Shown piece by piece: positions 38,815 through 52,966 of a stretch of 56,146 nucleotides of DNA (position 1 is its first letter; every line of letters begins with the position of its first letter). Source of the DNA: Firmicutes bacterium UBA5324. Lineage in GTDB: Bacteria; Bacillota; Negativicutes; UBA11029. The translations under genes were made by a program, and so were the position numbers. Below the pieces are notes generated by a model. The model ran no database searches, was not told the origin of the DNA, and worked only from the letters and a program-made list of their open reading frames with translations. The DNA lies in assembly GCA_002411145.1 (NCBI GenBank), contig DHRA01000025.1, positions 1 through 56,146 on the forward strand, read 5' to 3'.

Positions 38815-39125
38815 AATATCGTGAAATACGTTTGCCAAAATTGAATGGGTTGACGCCAAACCTTGAAGGCACACTGCTGAAACTGACGGAAGAGCTGGGT
38901 GAATTGTGCCGGGAAGCCGGTAAACACCGCGGAATGAGCGGTGAAGCCACCGCGCTGCCCCGGGATGAAGTGCTTGCCAATATTGCCGCGGAATTATTGG
39001 ATGTGGCCCAGACTGCCGTTTCCATGATGTATGTGCTGGAAGAATCCTATGACGTAAATATCGAGGCCGCCTTGCAAAAGCATGTGGAAAAACTCATCCG
39101 CAAAGGCTATTTGAAATGCGAGTAA
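38811..39125 (+). CDS. small MazG-like nucleotide pyrophosphohydrolase-domain protein
   Basis: 104 aa with a GTGA overlap. The LTEELGEL ... AAELLDVAQ pattern (EExxE ... ExxD) is typical of the all-alpha NTP-PPase fold. Confidence 0.55.
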
Positions 39126-39141
39126 GGGGGAAAATCCCGGT

Positions 39142-39177
39142 CAGCTGTTTCCTTCGCGGGGAACGGCTGTTTTTTTG
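39142..39177 (+). terminator. rho-independent terminator
   Basis: cagctgtttcc - loop - ggggaacggctg followed by TTTTTTT. Confidence 0.7.
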
Positions 39178-39366
39178 CGTTCCGGGGAATAGGATTTTTA
39201 TGATGCTGATAAAAATATAGAAGGAAAACCGGAGTTAATGAAGCAATACCGACGGATTACCCGGATAAAGGCAATTCTTACGGTAGGGAGGTTGTCTAAG
39301 TTGCGTTGACAAGGCAAACCCAATGGAGTAAAATTATGTTTGGCATAGAAATGAGGTGTTAATCGC

Positions 39367-40395
39367 ATGCAAATATACATCGTCGCATTCATTATAGCTG
39401 TTGCAGTAGCGTATTTTGCTACACCCCATGTAAAAGAATTGGCGATAAAAGCGGGGGCGATGGATACGCCCGATGAGCGTAAGGTACATCGGGAACCGGT
39501 ACCCAGGATGGGTGGGTTAGCCATTTATTTCGGTGTGGTGGCCGCTGTTTTTATCAGCATGAAAATTAACCATCAGATTCTGGGTATTTTTTTAGGCGGC
39601 TCGATTATGCTCGCCGTAGGAATTATTGACGATATTAAGCAGTTATCGGCCAAAGCCAAGCTGGCGGGCCAAATTTTGGCGGCCATGGCGCTTATTGTTT
39701 TTGATGTGCGGATTGAATGGCTGACGAATCCCTTCGGACCAATGATTTATTTGGATTACCTGAGTATTCCGGTGACAATCCTCTGGATTGTGGCGGTGAC
39801 AAATACGGTAAATCTGATTGACGGTTTAGACGGTCTCGCAGCCGGCGTGTCGTCCATCGCGTCCATTACTATTTTATTTGTTGCTTTACAGCAAAATCTT
39901 TGGATGGTGGCTTTACTTACCGCCGCCATCGCGGGTAGTGCGCTGGGCTTCTTATTTCATAACTTCAATCCGGCAAAAATTTTCATGGGTGACACGGGCA
40001 GTCTGTTTCTCGGCTATATGCTGGCCGCGGTGTCTATCATGGGTGCGGTGAAAGGGGCGGCAACAATTGCGTTGTTCGTACCGATTGTCGCCCTGGGGCT
40101 GCCGATCATGGACACGGCCTTTGCAATTATCCGCCGTTACCATCATGGGGTGCCGATTTTCCGCCCGGACAAAGGGCATTTACACCACCGGCTGCTGGCC
40201 ATGGGATTATCCCAGAAGCAGGTGGTGCTTAGCATGTACGTTGTCAGCGGACTGCTGGGCCTTAGTGCAATTATTCTTTCGGAAGTAAGCCAGTTATATG
40301 CCTTTTTAATATTCATCGCTATTGCAGCTGTCTCTGTTGTCGCCGCGAAGAAAATCGGTGTACTGGACATTCATGAAAAAAACGTAGACGCGTAA
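39367..40395 (+). CDS. MraY/WecA-family (GT4) undecaprenyl-phosphate GlcNAc-1-phosphate transferase (TagO/WecA-like)
   Basis: 342 aa, polytopic. DERKVH, IDDIKQL, NTVNLIDGLDGLA, FMGDTGSLFLG and HLHHRL motifs. Confidence 0.9.
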   Translation: MQIYIVAFIIAVAVAYFATPHVKELAIKAGAMDTPDERKVHREPVPRMGGLAIYFGVVAAVFISMKINHQILGIFLGGSIMLAVGIIDDIKQLSAKAKLAGQILAAMALIVFDVRIEWLTNPFGPMIYLDYLSIPVTILWIVAVTNTVNLIDGLDGLAAGVSSIASITILFVALQQNLWMVALLTAAIAGSALGFLFHNFNPAKIFMGDTGSLFLGYMLAAVSIMGAVKGAATIALFVPIVALGLPIMDTAFAIIRRYHHGVPIFRPDKGHLHHRLLAMGLSQKQVVLSMYVVSGLLGLSAIILSEVSQLYAFLIFIAIAAVSVVAAKKIGVLDIHEKNVDA

Positions 40396-40645
40396 ATTTC
40401 GGAAGTGGAAGGCAGGAAAAAGAGGGCGAGGTCACGCAAGCTGTTTCCCGCTTTCTGCCAATCTGCCTGGGAGTCTGTTGTAAAACTCACTTTTGCCACA
40501 AAATCTGAGGCCGTTCAAAAGGTCCAGATACTAGGCAGACCCGCGAACCCAGCAGCGCCGCGTACTTTGGGCATACGTAAGCAATGGGTGAGCGGGGCTA
40601 ACAACGTAGATGGGCCTTTTTCAACGGCCTCCTGGGAGTGGTGTA

Positions 40646-41803
40646 ATGAAACCGATTAAAGTTGTGACGATATTTGGGACAAGGCCGGAAGCTATCAAGA
40701 TGGCGCCTGTTGTACTGCAGCTGCGCCAATATCCCCAATATTTCGAAACCTACGTTGCCGTGACGGCGCAGCATCGGGAAATGCTTGATCAGGTATTGGA
40801 GCTATTTGGGATAGAACCGGATTTTGACCTGGATATCATGCAGTCGGGACAAACGCTGTTTGATATTACAACTCGCTCTCTCAGCGGGCTGACCAAGGTA
40901 ATAACCCGGGTAAAACCGGATCTTATACTGGTGCATGGCGATACGACCACGACTTTTGTGGGGGCTTTGGCGGCCTTTTATCATCAGGTGGCGGTGGGAC
41001 ACGTGGAAGCAGGGCTACGTACCCATCAGAAATATTCCCCGTATCCGGAAGAAATGAATCGGCGTTTGGCCGGCGTATTGGCGGACCTGCATTTCGCACC
41101 CACCAAGACTTCCTATGATAATTTAGTAAGGGAAGCTATCCCCGCAGACCATATTCTCATAACCGGGAATACGGTTATTGATGCTTTATTGCAAACGGTG
41201 CGGCCGGATTATCAATTTACCGATCCGCTGCTTAAGGACATTGATTTTGCCAAAAAGCGGATCATCCTGGTTACTACCCACCGGCGGGAAAACCTCGGCG
41301 AGCCCATGCGGCAGTGCTATGCCGCCTTACGGCGCATTACGGCGGAATACGCGGATGTGGAAGTGGTCTTCCCTGTCCACAAGAACCCCAAGGTACGGGA
41401 GGTTGTGGCTGGTGAGCTGGGACATTGCCCACAGGTACGGCTGGCGGAACCGCTCGACTATCAACCCTTTGCCAACCTTATGGCCCGCGCCCATTTGATC
41501 CTGACCGACTCCGGGGGGATTCAGGAGGAGGCTCCGTCTTTGGGCAAGCCCGTGCTTGTCCTGCGGGACACCACCGAACGTCCCGAGGCGATCGAGGCGG
41601 GTACGGTCAAGTTGATTGGCACCGCGGAAGCCGATGTATACCGGGAAACCAAGCTGCTTTTGGCTGACCAGGCAGAATATAGCCGGATGTCCAACGCGGT
41701 GAATCCCTATGGCGACGGCAAAGCTTCCGCACGCATCATCCAGGGGATATTGTATCACTTCGGACGGATTAAGGAACCCCCGGGGGCTTTTTACTATAAA
41801 TAA
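40646..41803 (+). CDS. wecB: UDP-N-acetylglucosamine 2-epimerase (non-hydrolysing)
   Basis: 385 aa from the ATG at 40646. IFGTRPEAIKMAPV, VHGDTTTT, HVEAGLRT and TDSGGIQEEAPSLGKPVLVLR. Confidence 0.93.
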   Translation: MKPIKVVTIFGTRPEAIKMAPVVLQLRQYPQYFETYVAVTAQHREMLDQVLELFGIEPDFDLDIMQSGQTLFDITTRSLSGLTKVITRVKPDLILVHGDTTTTFVGALAAFYHQVAVGHVEAGLRTHQKYSPYPEEMNRRLAGVLADLHFAPTKTSYDNLVREAIPADHILITGNTVIDALLQTVRPDYQFTDPLLKDIDFAKKRIILVTTHRRENLGEPMRQCYAALRRITAEYADVEVVFPVHKNPKVREVVAGELGHCPQVRLAEPLDYQPFANLMARAHLILTDSGGIQEEAPSLGKPVLVLRDTTERPEAIEAGTVKLIGTAEADVYRETKLLLADQAEYSRMSNAVNPYGDGKASARIIQGILYHFGRIKEPPGAFYYK

Positions 41804-42126
41804 AAGTAAACTTCTTGGGCAAAATCAAAAGGGTTTCCGGGAAAAGTGGCGAATCATTCCTTATTAACGCAGAAGAATGTGTTAAAAAAATCACAAAATT
41901 TTAATAATGGACAACAGCGAAGTTGGCAGGATTATTTTAATTGATGACGAATCACTATATTTGCTGTTTTTTTTTGGCCGTAGGGGGCCGGGGTAAGCGA
42001 AAAAGGTAAAACGGGATGGAAAGCGCAAAGAGACCAAGGCGTAATCACGTTATCACGTTGCGATCGGGTATGCCGTTATCCGGTATGGGATATAATAGAA
42101 CTGACTATCGCAATGGGGGGATGGCC

Positions 42127-42342
42127 GTGAAACAGGAAGATAAACGCGATCTTTGGCGGGCGTTGGGCGCATTTAGCAATATTGGTTTTACCTTGGCGTC
42201 CTCGGTACTTGTCGGGCTGTTTCTGGGGAGATGGATCGATAATCATTTCCAGACTTCACCCTGGGCCAGTCTGACCGGCATTGTGATAGGCCTGGTCGCT
42301 GGTTTCTGGAGCATATACAAACAGGTTACCAGTATGAAATGA
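42127..42342 (+). CDS. AtpZ/ATP-synthase-gene-1-type small membrane protein
   Basis: GTG at 42127 is 6 nt after the G6 run; the alternative is ATG 42121. Two TM helices with FSNIGFTLASSVLVGLFLGRWID, and it sits at the head of the atp operon. Confidence 0.55.
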   Translation: MKQEDKRDLWRALGAFSNIGFTLASSVLVGLFLGRWIDNHFQTSPWASLTGIVIGLVAGFWSIYKQVTSMK

Positions 42343-42376
42343 AGTTCCCCTAATCTGGAGAAAGAGTGGTTGTTGA

Positions 42377-42775
42377 GTGCATACATACATGACCAGCATA
42401 AAACAGACCTCGCTAAAAATGGCGCTGTTGCTTGCGGCCTTTTCAATAACCGCCTTATTGACCAAACATTTTGATGCTGTCACCAGTATATTACTGGGCG
42501 GGGCGGGCAGTTACGGATATTTCTTCCTGCTGGCCTCCCGGACATATAAGGCCGCAAAGATGCCCGCGGAAGCAGCGGCGGGCTATATGCGGTCAGGCTC
42601 CCAGTGGCGGCTGTTGTTTATGTGCGCGATGGCTGTCGTAGCATTTAAAATTCCCGGTATCAAAGCCATGCCATTTTTTGCAGGCTTATTTACCTATCAG
42701 TTACTAGTGCGTATTAATGCTCTATATGCGGCTGTAAAATGGTATGTAAATTCTATTACGAAAAGAAAGGGGTGA
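42377..42775 (+). CDS. atpI: ATP synthase subunit I
   Basis: 132 aa with four hydrophobic helices, immediately upstream of atpB. The start is uncertain (GTG 42377 or ATG 42389). Confidence 0.6.
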   Translation: MHTYMTSIKQTSLKMALLLAAFSITALLTKHFDAVTSILLGGAGSYGYFFLLASRTYKAAKMPAEAAAGYMRSGSQWRLLFMCAMAVVAFKIPGIKAMPFFAGLFTYQLLVRINALYAAVKWYVNSITKRKG

Positions 42776-42781
42776 TATGTC

Positions 42782-43555
42782 ATGGCACATGAAGGTGGTG
42801 GCGAACACACTGGCGGAGCGCAGGACTTCCATCTTGGACCGATAGTTATTACTTCGGGACATGGCGGGCATGAGATAGGCGGAGCCCATCCGCATTGGCA
42901 GGTGGGTCCTTTTGTGGTCAATTCGGACACAATGATTTTTACCTGGATCACAATGGTTGCCGTTATACTGCTTGGTTTTATCGCCGGACGGGCGGCCCGC
43001 AAAAAAGAGCGGATTCCCAGGGGATTTCGAAACTTACTGGAACTTATTTTTGAAAACCTGGGTGTTCAGTTTGAACAGGCGCTCGGGGCAAAAGCAAGTC
43101 GTTTTGCGCCCTTGCTGATAACATTGTTTTTGTATTTGATGATTGCCAACTGGGTGGGTCTGATACCAGGGATGAAGTCTCCAACCAGCGATTTGAATGT
43201 GACTTTCGGTTTGGCAGTGATGGTCATGGGCATTGTTCATTTGTCCGGTATGGTCGACAAAGGTGTTTTCAAATATCTCAATCACTTTTTGCAACCGCAC
43301 TGGGCGATGCTGCCTCTGAACCTGGTTGAGGAGGTTGCAAAACCGACAACGCTGGCCTTCCGTCTCTTCGGCAATATTCTGGCCGGTGAAATCCTCATCG
43401 TAATATTGCTTATCCTGGTTCCTGCCTGGCTGCCGTTTATTAACTCGGCGTGGTTGGGGGTAAGTATCTTTGTCGGGGTAATCCAGGCGTTCATTTTTAC
43501 TATGTTGTCAATGTCTTACATTTCCAACGCAGTTAAAGATGAGCACCATGATTAA
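42782..43555 (+). CDS. atpB: F0F1 ATP synthase subunit a
   Basis: 257 aa. Conserved FRLFGNILAGE (essential Arg) and a polytopic profile. Confidence 0.93.
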   Translation: MAHEGGGEHTGGAQDFHLGPIVITSGHGGHEIGGAHPHWQVGPFVVNSDTMIFTWITMVAVILLGFIAGRAARKKERIPRGFRNLLELIFENLGVQFEQALGAKASRFAPLLITLFLYLMIANWVGLIPGMKSPTSDLNVTFGLAVMVMGIVHLSGMVDKGVFKYLNHFLQPHWAMLPLNLVEEVAKPTTLAFRLFGNILAGEILIVILLILVPAWLPFINSAWLGVSIFVGVIQAFIFTMLSMSYISNAVKDEHHD

Positions 43556-43602
43556 TTAAGAAATATACTCGAATTCCTGGGTAGGAAAGGAGGGAATGTA
43601 TA

Positions 43603-43854
43603 ATGGAACAGGCTTACATTATTGTGGCATCCGTTTTTGCTGCCGCCATTGCTATTGGTTTGGCTGCCATCGGCGCCGCTCTTGGTGACGCTTCAGTAAC
43701 TTCTAAAGCAATTGAGGGTATGGCAAGACAACCGGAAGCTAAAGGTACTCTTCTCGTAAATATGCTCATTTCCGTAGGTTTGATCGAGTCTATCCCCATT
43801 ATGGCTGCTGTTATTGCATTTGCGCTTGTATTTGCTAATCCCTTTGTAAAATAG
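43603..43854 (+). CDS. atpE: F0F1 ATP synthase subunit c
   Basis: 83 aa hairpin. The GxGxGxG-like helix 1, the ARQPE loop and the carboxylate in GLIESIPI. Confidence 0.95.
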   Translation: MEQAYIIVASVFAAAIAIGLAAIGAALGDASVTSKAIEGMARQPEAKGTLLVNMLISVGLIESIPIMAAVIAFALVFANPFVK

Positions 43855-43936
43855 TGGCAGCGTCGAGGCGATAAAGCAAGGGTTTAACCCTTGCTATCGC
43901 CTACTTTTTAGCGCTTAATTGAGAGGAGGGAGCTCC

Positions 43937-44440
43937 ATGATCGAAATCAACGCGACGTTATTCGCGCAAATCATACATTTTTTGCTGTTGGTGGTGGTAT
44001 TGACTTGGGTGGCATATAAGCCAATCACCCAGGCGTTGGCTGATCGTCAGACATATATCAGCAGTACCATTGACGCCGCTGAAAAACAACAGGCTGAAGC
44101 AGCGAAAATGCAAGAGGAATACAAGGCATTATTGGTCCAAGCCCGTGCCGAGGCCCAGTCAATTGTTGACAAGGCTACCAAACTCGGGGAACAAACCCGG
44201 GAAGATATTATTCGTGAAACTAAAGAGGAAACGGCGAAGATGCTGAAACTTGCCAAAAGCGAAATTGCGCGCGAGCAGGAAAAAGCTTTGGCCGACCTTC
44301 GCAATGAAGTAGCCGCGTTGTCCGTATTGGCGGCCGGTAAAATCATTGGTGAAAAGCTTGATGCCCAGGCCCATGAGAAACTGGTACAGAATTTTATTGG
44401 CCAATTGGACAATAAAGGAGCGGGTGGACTGCCATGCTAG
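43937..44440 (+). CDS. atpF: F0F1 ATP synthase subunit b
   Basis: 167 aa from the ATG at 43937 after AGGAGGG. One TM helix followed by a long charged helix. Confidence 0.9.
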   Translation: MIEINATLFAQIIHFLLLVVVLTWVAYKPITQALADRQTYISSTIDAAEKQQAEAAKMQEEYKALLVQARAEAQSIVDKATKLGEQTREDIIRETKEETAKMLKLAKSEIAREQEKALADLRNEVAALSVLAAGKIIGEKLDAQAHEKLVQNFIGQLDNKGAGGLPC

Positions 44441-44991
44441 CGAATGAAGCAGCTCCGAAATATGCGCGGGCTTTATTTGAACTTGGTCAGCGTGACGACA
44501 AGCTGGAGATATTCAATGAGCAGTTGAAACTGGTTGTCTCCTTATTTGGCAGTCATGCGGAACTTCGTCAGTTTATGTTTCACCCGCAGGTTAAAGCGGA
44601 AGTGAAAAAGGACACCCTGAAAAAGGTGTTTGGTCAGGATATTGATAAGTTGATCCTTAACTTTCTGATGCTTTTGGTGGATCGCCGCCGGATTTCCGGT
44701 ATTAATATAATTTGGGATGAGTTTCGTCGGCTTTATAATGCGTCGCGCAACCTGGAGGAAGCGGAAGTTACAACCGCGGTAAATCTCGGTGATGCCGCTG
44801 TAAAGGCCCTGCAGCAGAAACTGTCAGAGGTAACAGGGAAAAATATCGTATTGCACACCAAAGTGAACCCTGCGATTGTCGGCGGCGTGGTGGTACGCCT
44901 CGGCGACAAGTTGATCGACGGCAGTGTAGTGCGCCAATTGGGCGATCTGCGTCGTGTTTTAACAAGTTCTAAACTCACAAGATTGGGGTGA
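44434..44991 (+). CDS. atpH: F0F1 ATP synthase subunit delta
   Basis: 185 aa. N-terminal KYARALFEL and C-terminal GGVVVRLGDKLIDGSV. Confidence 0.9.
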   Translation: MLANEAAPKYARALFELGQRDDKLEIFNEQLKLVVSLFGSHAELRQFMFHPQVKAEVKKDTLKKVFGQDIDKLILNFLMLLVDRRRISGINIIWDEFRRLYNASRNLEEAEVTTAVNLGDAAVKALQQKLSEVTGKNIVLHTKVNPAIVGGVVVRLGDKLIDGSVVRQLGDLRRVLTSSKLTRLG

Positions 44992-44994
44992 TAA

Positions 44995-46527
<1,533 letters not shown>

Positions 46528-46545
46528 AGAGAGAGGTGATACGGC

Positions 46546-48826
<2,281 letters not shown>

Positions 48827-48829
48827 GTA

Positions 48830-49243
48830 ATGGCTTCAACCATTCGCCTGGAGATTGTAACCCCTGACCGCTCCGTCTATGACCAGCAGGTTAATATGGT
48901 CATTGCGCGGGCAACCGATGGCGACATTGGTATTCTGCCCGGTCATGCTCCGTTAATCGCGGGATTGGCCATTGCTCCGCTGCGTGTCAAATTAGAGGAA
49001 GGCGAGGAGCAATTTGCCGTCAGCGGCGGCTTTATCGAAGTGCAGCCCGACAAAATTACCATTTTGGCGGCCACGGCGGAAAGTGCCGCAGAGATTGATG
49101 TTAAGCGTGCGACGGAAGCGAAGGAACGGGCCGAAAACCGCCTAAAGTCCGCCGCGGTTGAAATTGACTTTGCCCGGGCGGAAGCCGCTTTGCAGCGTGC
49201 TCTGGTACGGTTAAAAGTCGTAGAGTTTTTAAAATCAAGATAA
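48830..49243 (+). CDS. atpC: F0F1 ATP synthase subunit epsilon
   Basis: 137 aa. An N-terminal beta-sandwich pattern (ILPGHAPL) and a C-terminal helical hairpin. Confidence 0.95.
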   Translation: MASTIRLEIVTPDRSVYDQQVNMVIARATDGDIGILPGHAPLIAGLAIAPLRVKLEEGEEQFAVSGGFIEVQPDKITILAATAESAAEIDVKRATEAKERAENRLKSAAVEIDFARAEAALQRALVRLKVVEFLKSR

Positions 49244-49250
49244 AGCACGA

Positions 49251-49283
49251 AAAGCCTGGATTGCAAAATCCAGGCTTTTTTTT
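49251..49283 (+). terminator. rho-independent terminator of the atp operon
   Basis: aaagcctggatt-gcaa-aatccaggcttt followed by T8. Confidence 0.85.
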
Positions 49284-49379
49284 GCGTCTTCTTTCTCCCG
49301 TTTTACGATGCTGCCAAGTATTACAAAGGATAAAATGTGTATATTTTGGCAATAGTAGAAAGGGAGGGAGAAAGACAAA

Positions 49380-50165
49380 ATGATGAAAAAGAATGGGAAA
49401 AACCTAATATTCATGTTGTTATGTAGTTTTGTTCTCTGGGCGTCGGTGCATGGGCACAACACAGAAATGTCTGCGGGTACCCTTGCGCCGGTGAAAGAAT
49501 CAACGGTCCTGGAAAAAGCGTTTTACGCGACCGGGGCCAATTTGGAAACAGTATCGGTGAATGGCTGGGTGCAACTGTCCCGGGGAGAGTTAAGCGCTGA
49601 GGAATTAAAGAGGGTTGTGGAGGATGCGGCCCGGGCAATGGGCTCTCCGGCAACGGAACCGGCATATAAGACCTATACGGGGCCCAGCCACACAACGGTA
49701 CAGGCAGCGAGCAAGTCGGCTCACCAAAACATGGTTATAACGGCCCAGGTTTTAAGGCCCACAGGCGGGCGATCTTCCGCAGAATCGTATTTATCAATAA
49801 ATATTGAAGAAAATGATCCTGACATGGACATAGGCGCCTTGGAAGAGAAATTAGGGCGGGTTGTCAAAGAAAAGGGTAATTCATATACAATAACTACTTG
49901 CCTGTCTGGATGGGTGAGTGGTAAACTAGAGGAGGAAAAAATGCGCCGGTTAATTCGACAAGGATTTCAACAAGTCGAGGCGCACGTGGAAGATGGCATC
50001 ACCAGCCCGCATTTTGTTAGTTATGCCGGTGCGACGGATAATATTGACCGGTCGGTATTGATAGGAAAGAAAAATATTAATTTGAACATTGCAATGAGGC
50101 ATCATAGTACGGAGGATCGCACTTATGTAACAGCAGCGTCACCGATCATCACTTGCGAGTACTGA
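49380..50165 (+). CDS. ywmB: YwmB-family (DUF1779) secreted protein
   Basis: 261 aa with a signal peptide. Its position between atpC and murA matches B. subtilis ywmB. Confidence 0.65.
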   Translation: MMKKNGKNLIFMLLCSFVLWASVHGHNTEMSAGTLAPVKESTVLEKAFYATGANLETVSVNGWVQLSRGELSAEELKRVVEDAARAMGSPATEPAYKTYTGPSHTTVQAASKSAHQNMVITAQVLRPTGGRSSAESYLSINIEENDPDMDIGALEEKLGRVVKEKGNSYTITTCLSGWVSGKLEEEKMRRLIRQGFQQVEAHVEDGITSPHFVSYAGATDNIDRSVLIGKKNINLNIAMRHHSTEDRTYVTAASPIITCEY

Positions 50166-50196
50166 TTCCCTTCATTGCATGCGGGAGGATTATTTA

Positions 50197-51459
50197 GTGG
50201 AAAAAATAATTGTTACCGGCGGTACCACACTCGCCGGCAGTGTGAAAATAAGCGGTGCGAAAAACGCTGTTTTGCCCGTTATTGCCGCCTCCCTTCTTGC
50301 CAATGCGGAAAGTACCCTCATGGAAATACCCGATTTGGGTGATGTAAATACGATTTGTGAAGTAGTGGAACATCTCGGTGGAAAAATTGTTAAACAAGAA
50401 GGGGAAACTTTCAAAGTTGACAGCAGAAATATCAACTCCTGTGAGGTACCCTATGAGTTAACACGAAAAATGCGTGCTTCCTTTTACGTGTTGGGCCCCT
50501 TACTGGCACGGATGGGAAACGCAAAAATTTCTCTGCCGGGCGGATGTGCTATCGGCTCGCGCCCGATCGACCTGCATTTGAAAGGCTTTGAAGCTCTGGG
50601 CGCGGAAATCGTTTTGGGGCATGGGTTTATCGAAGCAAGGGCGCCGCGCGGCCTTACCGGCACACGGATTTATCTTGATTTTCCCAGTGTGGGAGCCACA
50701 GAAAACATTATGATGGCCGCCAGTCTGGCAAAGGGCCAAACCATTATCGAAAATGTCGCTGAGGAGCCGGAGATTGTCGACCTGGCCAATTATATTAACG
50801 CCATGGGCGGCAAGGTAAAGGGCGCGGGTACGAATATTATTAAAATCGACGGTGTAAAAGAACTTCACGGCGCAGTACACGCCGTGATCCCCGACCGGGT
50901 GGAAGCCGGGACATATATGGCCGCGGCTGCCATTACGGGTGGAAACATACTTATAGAAAACATAATTATTGATCATTTAAAACCGGTGGTTGCCAAGCTG
51001 AAGGAAGCCGGCGTAATTATCGAAGAAGAGGGTACCGGCGTGCGCGTTATGGGGGGCCATAAGCCTTTAAAGGCAGTGGATATCAAAACTCTTCCTTATC
51101 CGGGTTTTCCCACGGACATGCAGTCTCAACTGATGGCGCTAATGACCGTCGCCCATGGTACAAGCGTTATTACAGAAACAGTGTTTGAAAATCGTTTTAT
51201 GCATGTGGATGAATTAAAGCGGATGGGCGCGCATATTAAAATCGAGGGTCGGAGCGCCATCGTCGAAGGAGTGAAAAAACTAACCGGGGCACCGGTTAAA
51301 GCTACCGATTTACGGGCCGGTGCGGCCCTGATCATTGCCGGTATGGTTGCGGACGGGGAAACGGAAATCGGCTGCATCCATCACATTGACCGGGGATACG
51401 TGCGTATCGAAGACAAAATGAATGCCCTGGGCGCCAACATCCGGCGCGTGAAGGAATAA
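50197..51459 (+). CDS. murA: UDP-N-acetylglucosamine 1-carboxyvinyltransferase
   Basis: 420 aa from the GTG at 50197, 7 nt after GGGAGGA. (V)EKIIVTGG...[12 protein letters not shown], and the catalytic Cys context [15 protein letters not shown]. Confidence 0.96.
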   Translation: MEKIIVTGGTTLAGSVKISGAKNAVLPVIAASLLANAESTLMEIPDLGDVNTICEVVEHLGGKIVKQEGETFKVDSRNINSCEVPYELTRKMRASFYVLGPLLARMGNAKISLPGGCAIGSRPIDLHLKGFEALGAEIVLGHGFIEARAPRGLTGTRIYLDFPSVGATENIMMAASLAKGQTIIENVAEEPEIVDLANYINAMGGKVKGAGTNIIKIDGVKELHGAVHAVIPDRVEAGTYMAAAAITGGNILIENIIIDHLKPVVAKLKEAGVIIEEEGTGVRVMGGHKPLKAVDIKTLPYPGFPTDMQSQLMALMTVAHGTSVITETVFENRFMHVDELKRMGAHIKIEGRSAIVEGVKKLTGAPVKATDLRAGAALIIAGMVADGETEIGCIHHIDRGYVRIEDKMNALGANIRRVKE

Positions 51460-51493
51460 AGACAGGGAATAGGAAACGTGGTTTAGGTATTAT

Positions 51494-51552
51494 ATATTTC
51501 ATAAAAAATAAGGGGGCCCTGAAAAAGGCCCTCTTATTTTTTATGAAATATT
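51494..51552. terminator. long AT-flanked palindrome / bidirectional terminator after murA
   Basis: atatttcataaaaaataagggggcc - ctgaaaaa - ggccctcttattttttatgaaatat. A GC core stem with A-run and T-run flanks. Confidence 0.7.
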
Positions 51553-51553
51553 G

Positions 51554-51773
51554 AACCACAGAGCCGCAGGGGACGCAGAGAAAATATTATACAGTATCAA
51601 GGAAGGCCTTTGATCTAAAGAACTCCTGTGCCTGTAAAGGGAAAGTCAATTACTCACTGAGCGAGGTATAATAACGTTTATAGAGGTGTAAAGGGTATGA
51701 ACGATTCTAAATATGAACAAAGGATGATGAAGATATAATTCCCCCCCTCTGCGTTCTCTGCGTCTCTGCGGTT
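51554..51773. repeat. family D repeat, MITE-like copy with about 160-nt unique interior
   Basis: Left arm aaccacagagccgcaggggacgcagag (51554-51580). Right arm ccccccctctgcgttctctgcgtctctgcggtt (51741-51773). The same arms occur at 18362-18430, where the loop is only 12 nt. Confidence 0.5.
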
Positions 51774-51873
51774 GCCTATTCTTTTTTTGCCCCAGGTTCG
51801 TTCCTGCCGATTTTTGTACATACTTTCCTCCTTTCTCTAATATATTTTTGTGTAAAGAGAGGAGGGGCGGGGT

Positions 51874-52860
51874 GTGCGTTGGATAATAAGCGGGATAGTG
51901 CTGCTGGGGCTGCTGCTAATCGTTATTCCGGCCATTATGGTTCGCGGTTGGGATTTTCGTTCGTCACCCAGCCGCCCGGCCAAAACAGGGGATGGGGTCA
52001 TGATCACCGTTTATCTGCATGATCAGGGGAAATCGATGGACATGAATCTCGAAGAGTATGTAAAAGGGGTGGTGGCGGCGGAAATGCCGGCGGAATTTGA
52101 TCTGGAGGCATTAAAAGCCCAGGCGGTGGCGGGCCGCACTTATGCCGCACGTCATATGCGCATGTATGGCGGCGCAGGTTCCCCGCAGCATCCGGAAGCG
52201 GACATCTCGACGGACCCGCGGGAAGGGCAGGCCTGGTTGGGGGAACAGGCGTTAAAAAAGAAATGGGGGACTTTAAACTATCACCGCTACTGGTCAAAAA
52301 TATCACGGGCCGTGGAAGAGACCGGCGGGATGGTGCTGACTTACAAAGGAGAAATGATTAACGCTTTATTCCATTCCACCAGCGGGGGACAGACGGAAGA
52401 TCCCGGAGAAATATGGGGACAGCAGATTCCCTATTTAAAAAGCATCTCCTGCCCGTGGGATCAAAAATCTCCCCGTTATAAAGGACAAAGGGAATTTAGC
52501 ATCGGTGAACTGGCGGACTTATTGGGCCCGGAAGCCGGGGTGGTAACAGCGGCACAAAACGGCAGCAACGAATTGGTAAACGTGGTGGAGAAGACGGCGT
52601 CGGGCCGGGTGAAGAAAGTCCGTATCGGCAGTAAAATTTTTGAAGGGACTGCGGTACGGGAGAAACTGGGACTTTATTCCACCAATTTTACCTGGAGGCT
52701 AGACGGGGATAAAATCATTTTTGCTACCACCGGCTACGGGCACGGTGTGGGCATGTCGCAATACGGGGCCAACGGCATGGCCAAGGAAGGAAAAGGATAT
52801 AAAGAAATACTCCTGTATTTTTATCAAGGTACGGAACTGGCAAATGTATACGGAAGCTAA
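51874..52860 (+). CDS. spoIID: stage II sporulation protein D (lytic transglycosylase)
   Basis: 328 aa with a GTG start after GAGGAGGGG. N-terminal TM helix, ALKAQAVAGRTYA, FHSTSGGQTED and GHGVGMSQYGANGMA. Confidence 0.92.
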   Translation: MRWIISGIVLLGLLLIVIPAIMVRGWDFRSSPSRPAKTGDGVMITVYLHDQGKSMDMNLEEYVKGVVAAEMPAEFDLEALKAQAVAGRTYAARHMRMYGGAGSPQHPEADISTDPREGQAWLGEQALKKKWGTLNYHRYWSKISRAVEETGGMVLTYKGEMINALFHSTSGGQTEDPGEIWGQQIPYLKSISCPWDQKSPRYKGQREFSIGELADLLGPEAGVVTAAQNGSNELVNVVEKTASGRVKKVRIGSKIFEGTAVREKLGLYSTNFTWRLDGDKIIFATTGYGHGVGMSQYGANGMAKEGKGYKEILLYFYQGTELANVYGS

Positions 52861-52966
52861 AGAAGCTCCGGGAATGGAGACGGTATACTACCGGCTCCCG
52901 CCCCGGAGCTTTATATGGTTTAAAAAAGAGGAAAGTGGTGAGAATGAATAACGAGGTGAGATGATC

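Noticed and set aside
40405-40659. 84-aa + strand ORF in the wecA-wecB spacer
   Set aside because: It has no RBS, overlaps the predicted RNA structure and the true wecB RBS, and its product has no features.
52861-52966. Sigma-F promoter for the spoIIQ-like gene
   Set aside because: GTATA is present (about 52882), but the downstream sequence does not fit GGnrAnAnTw at the proper spacing.
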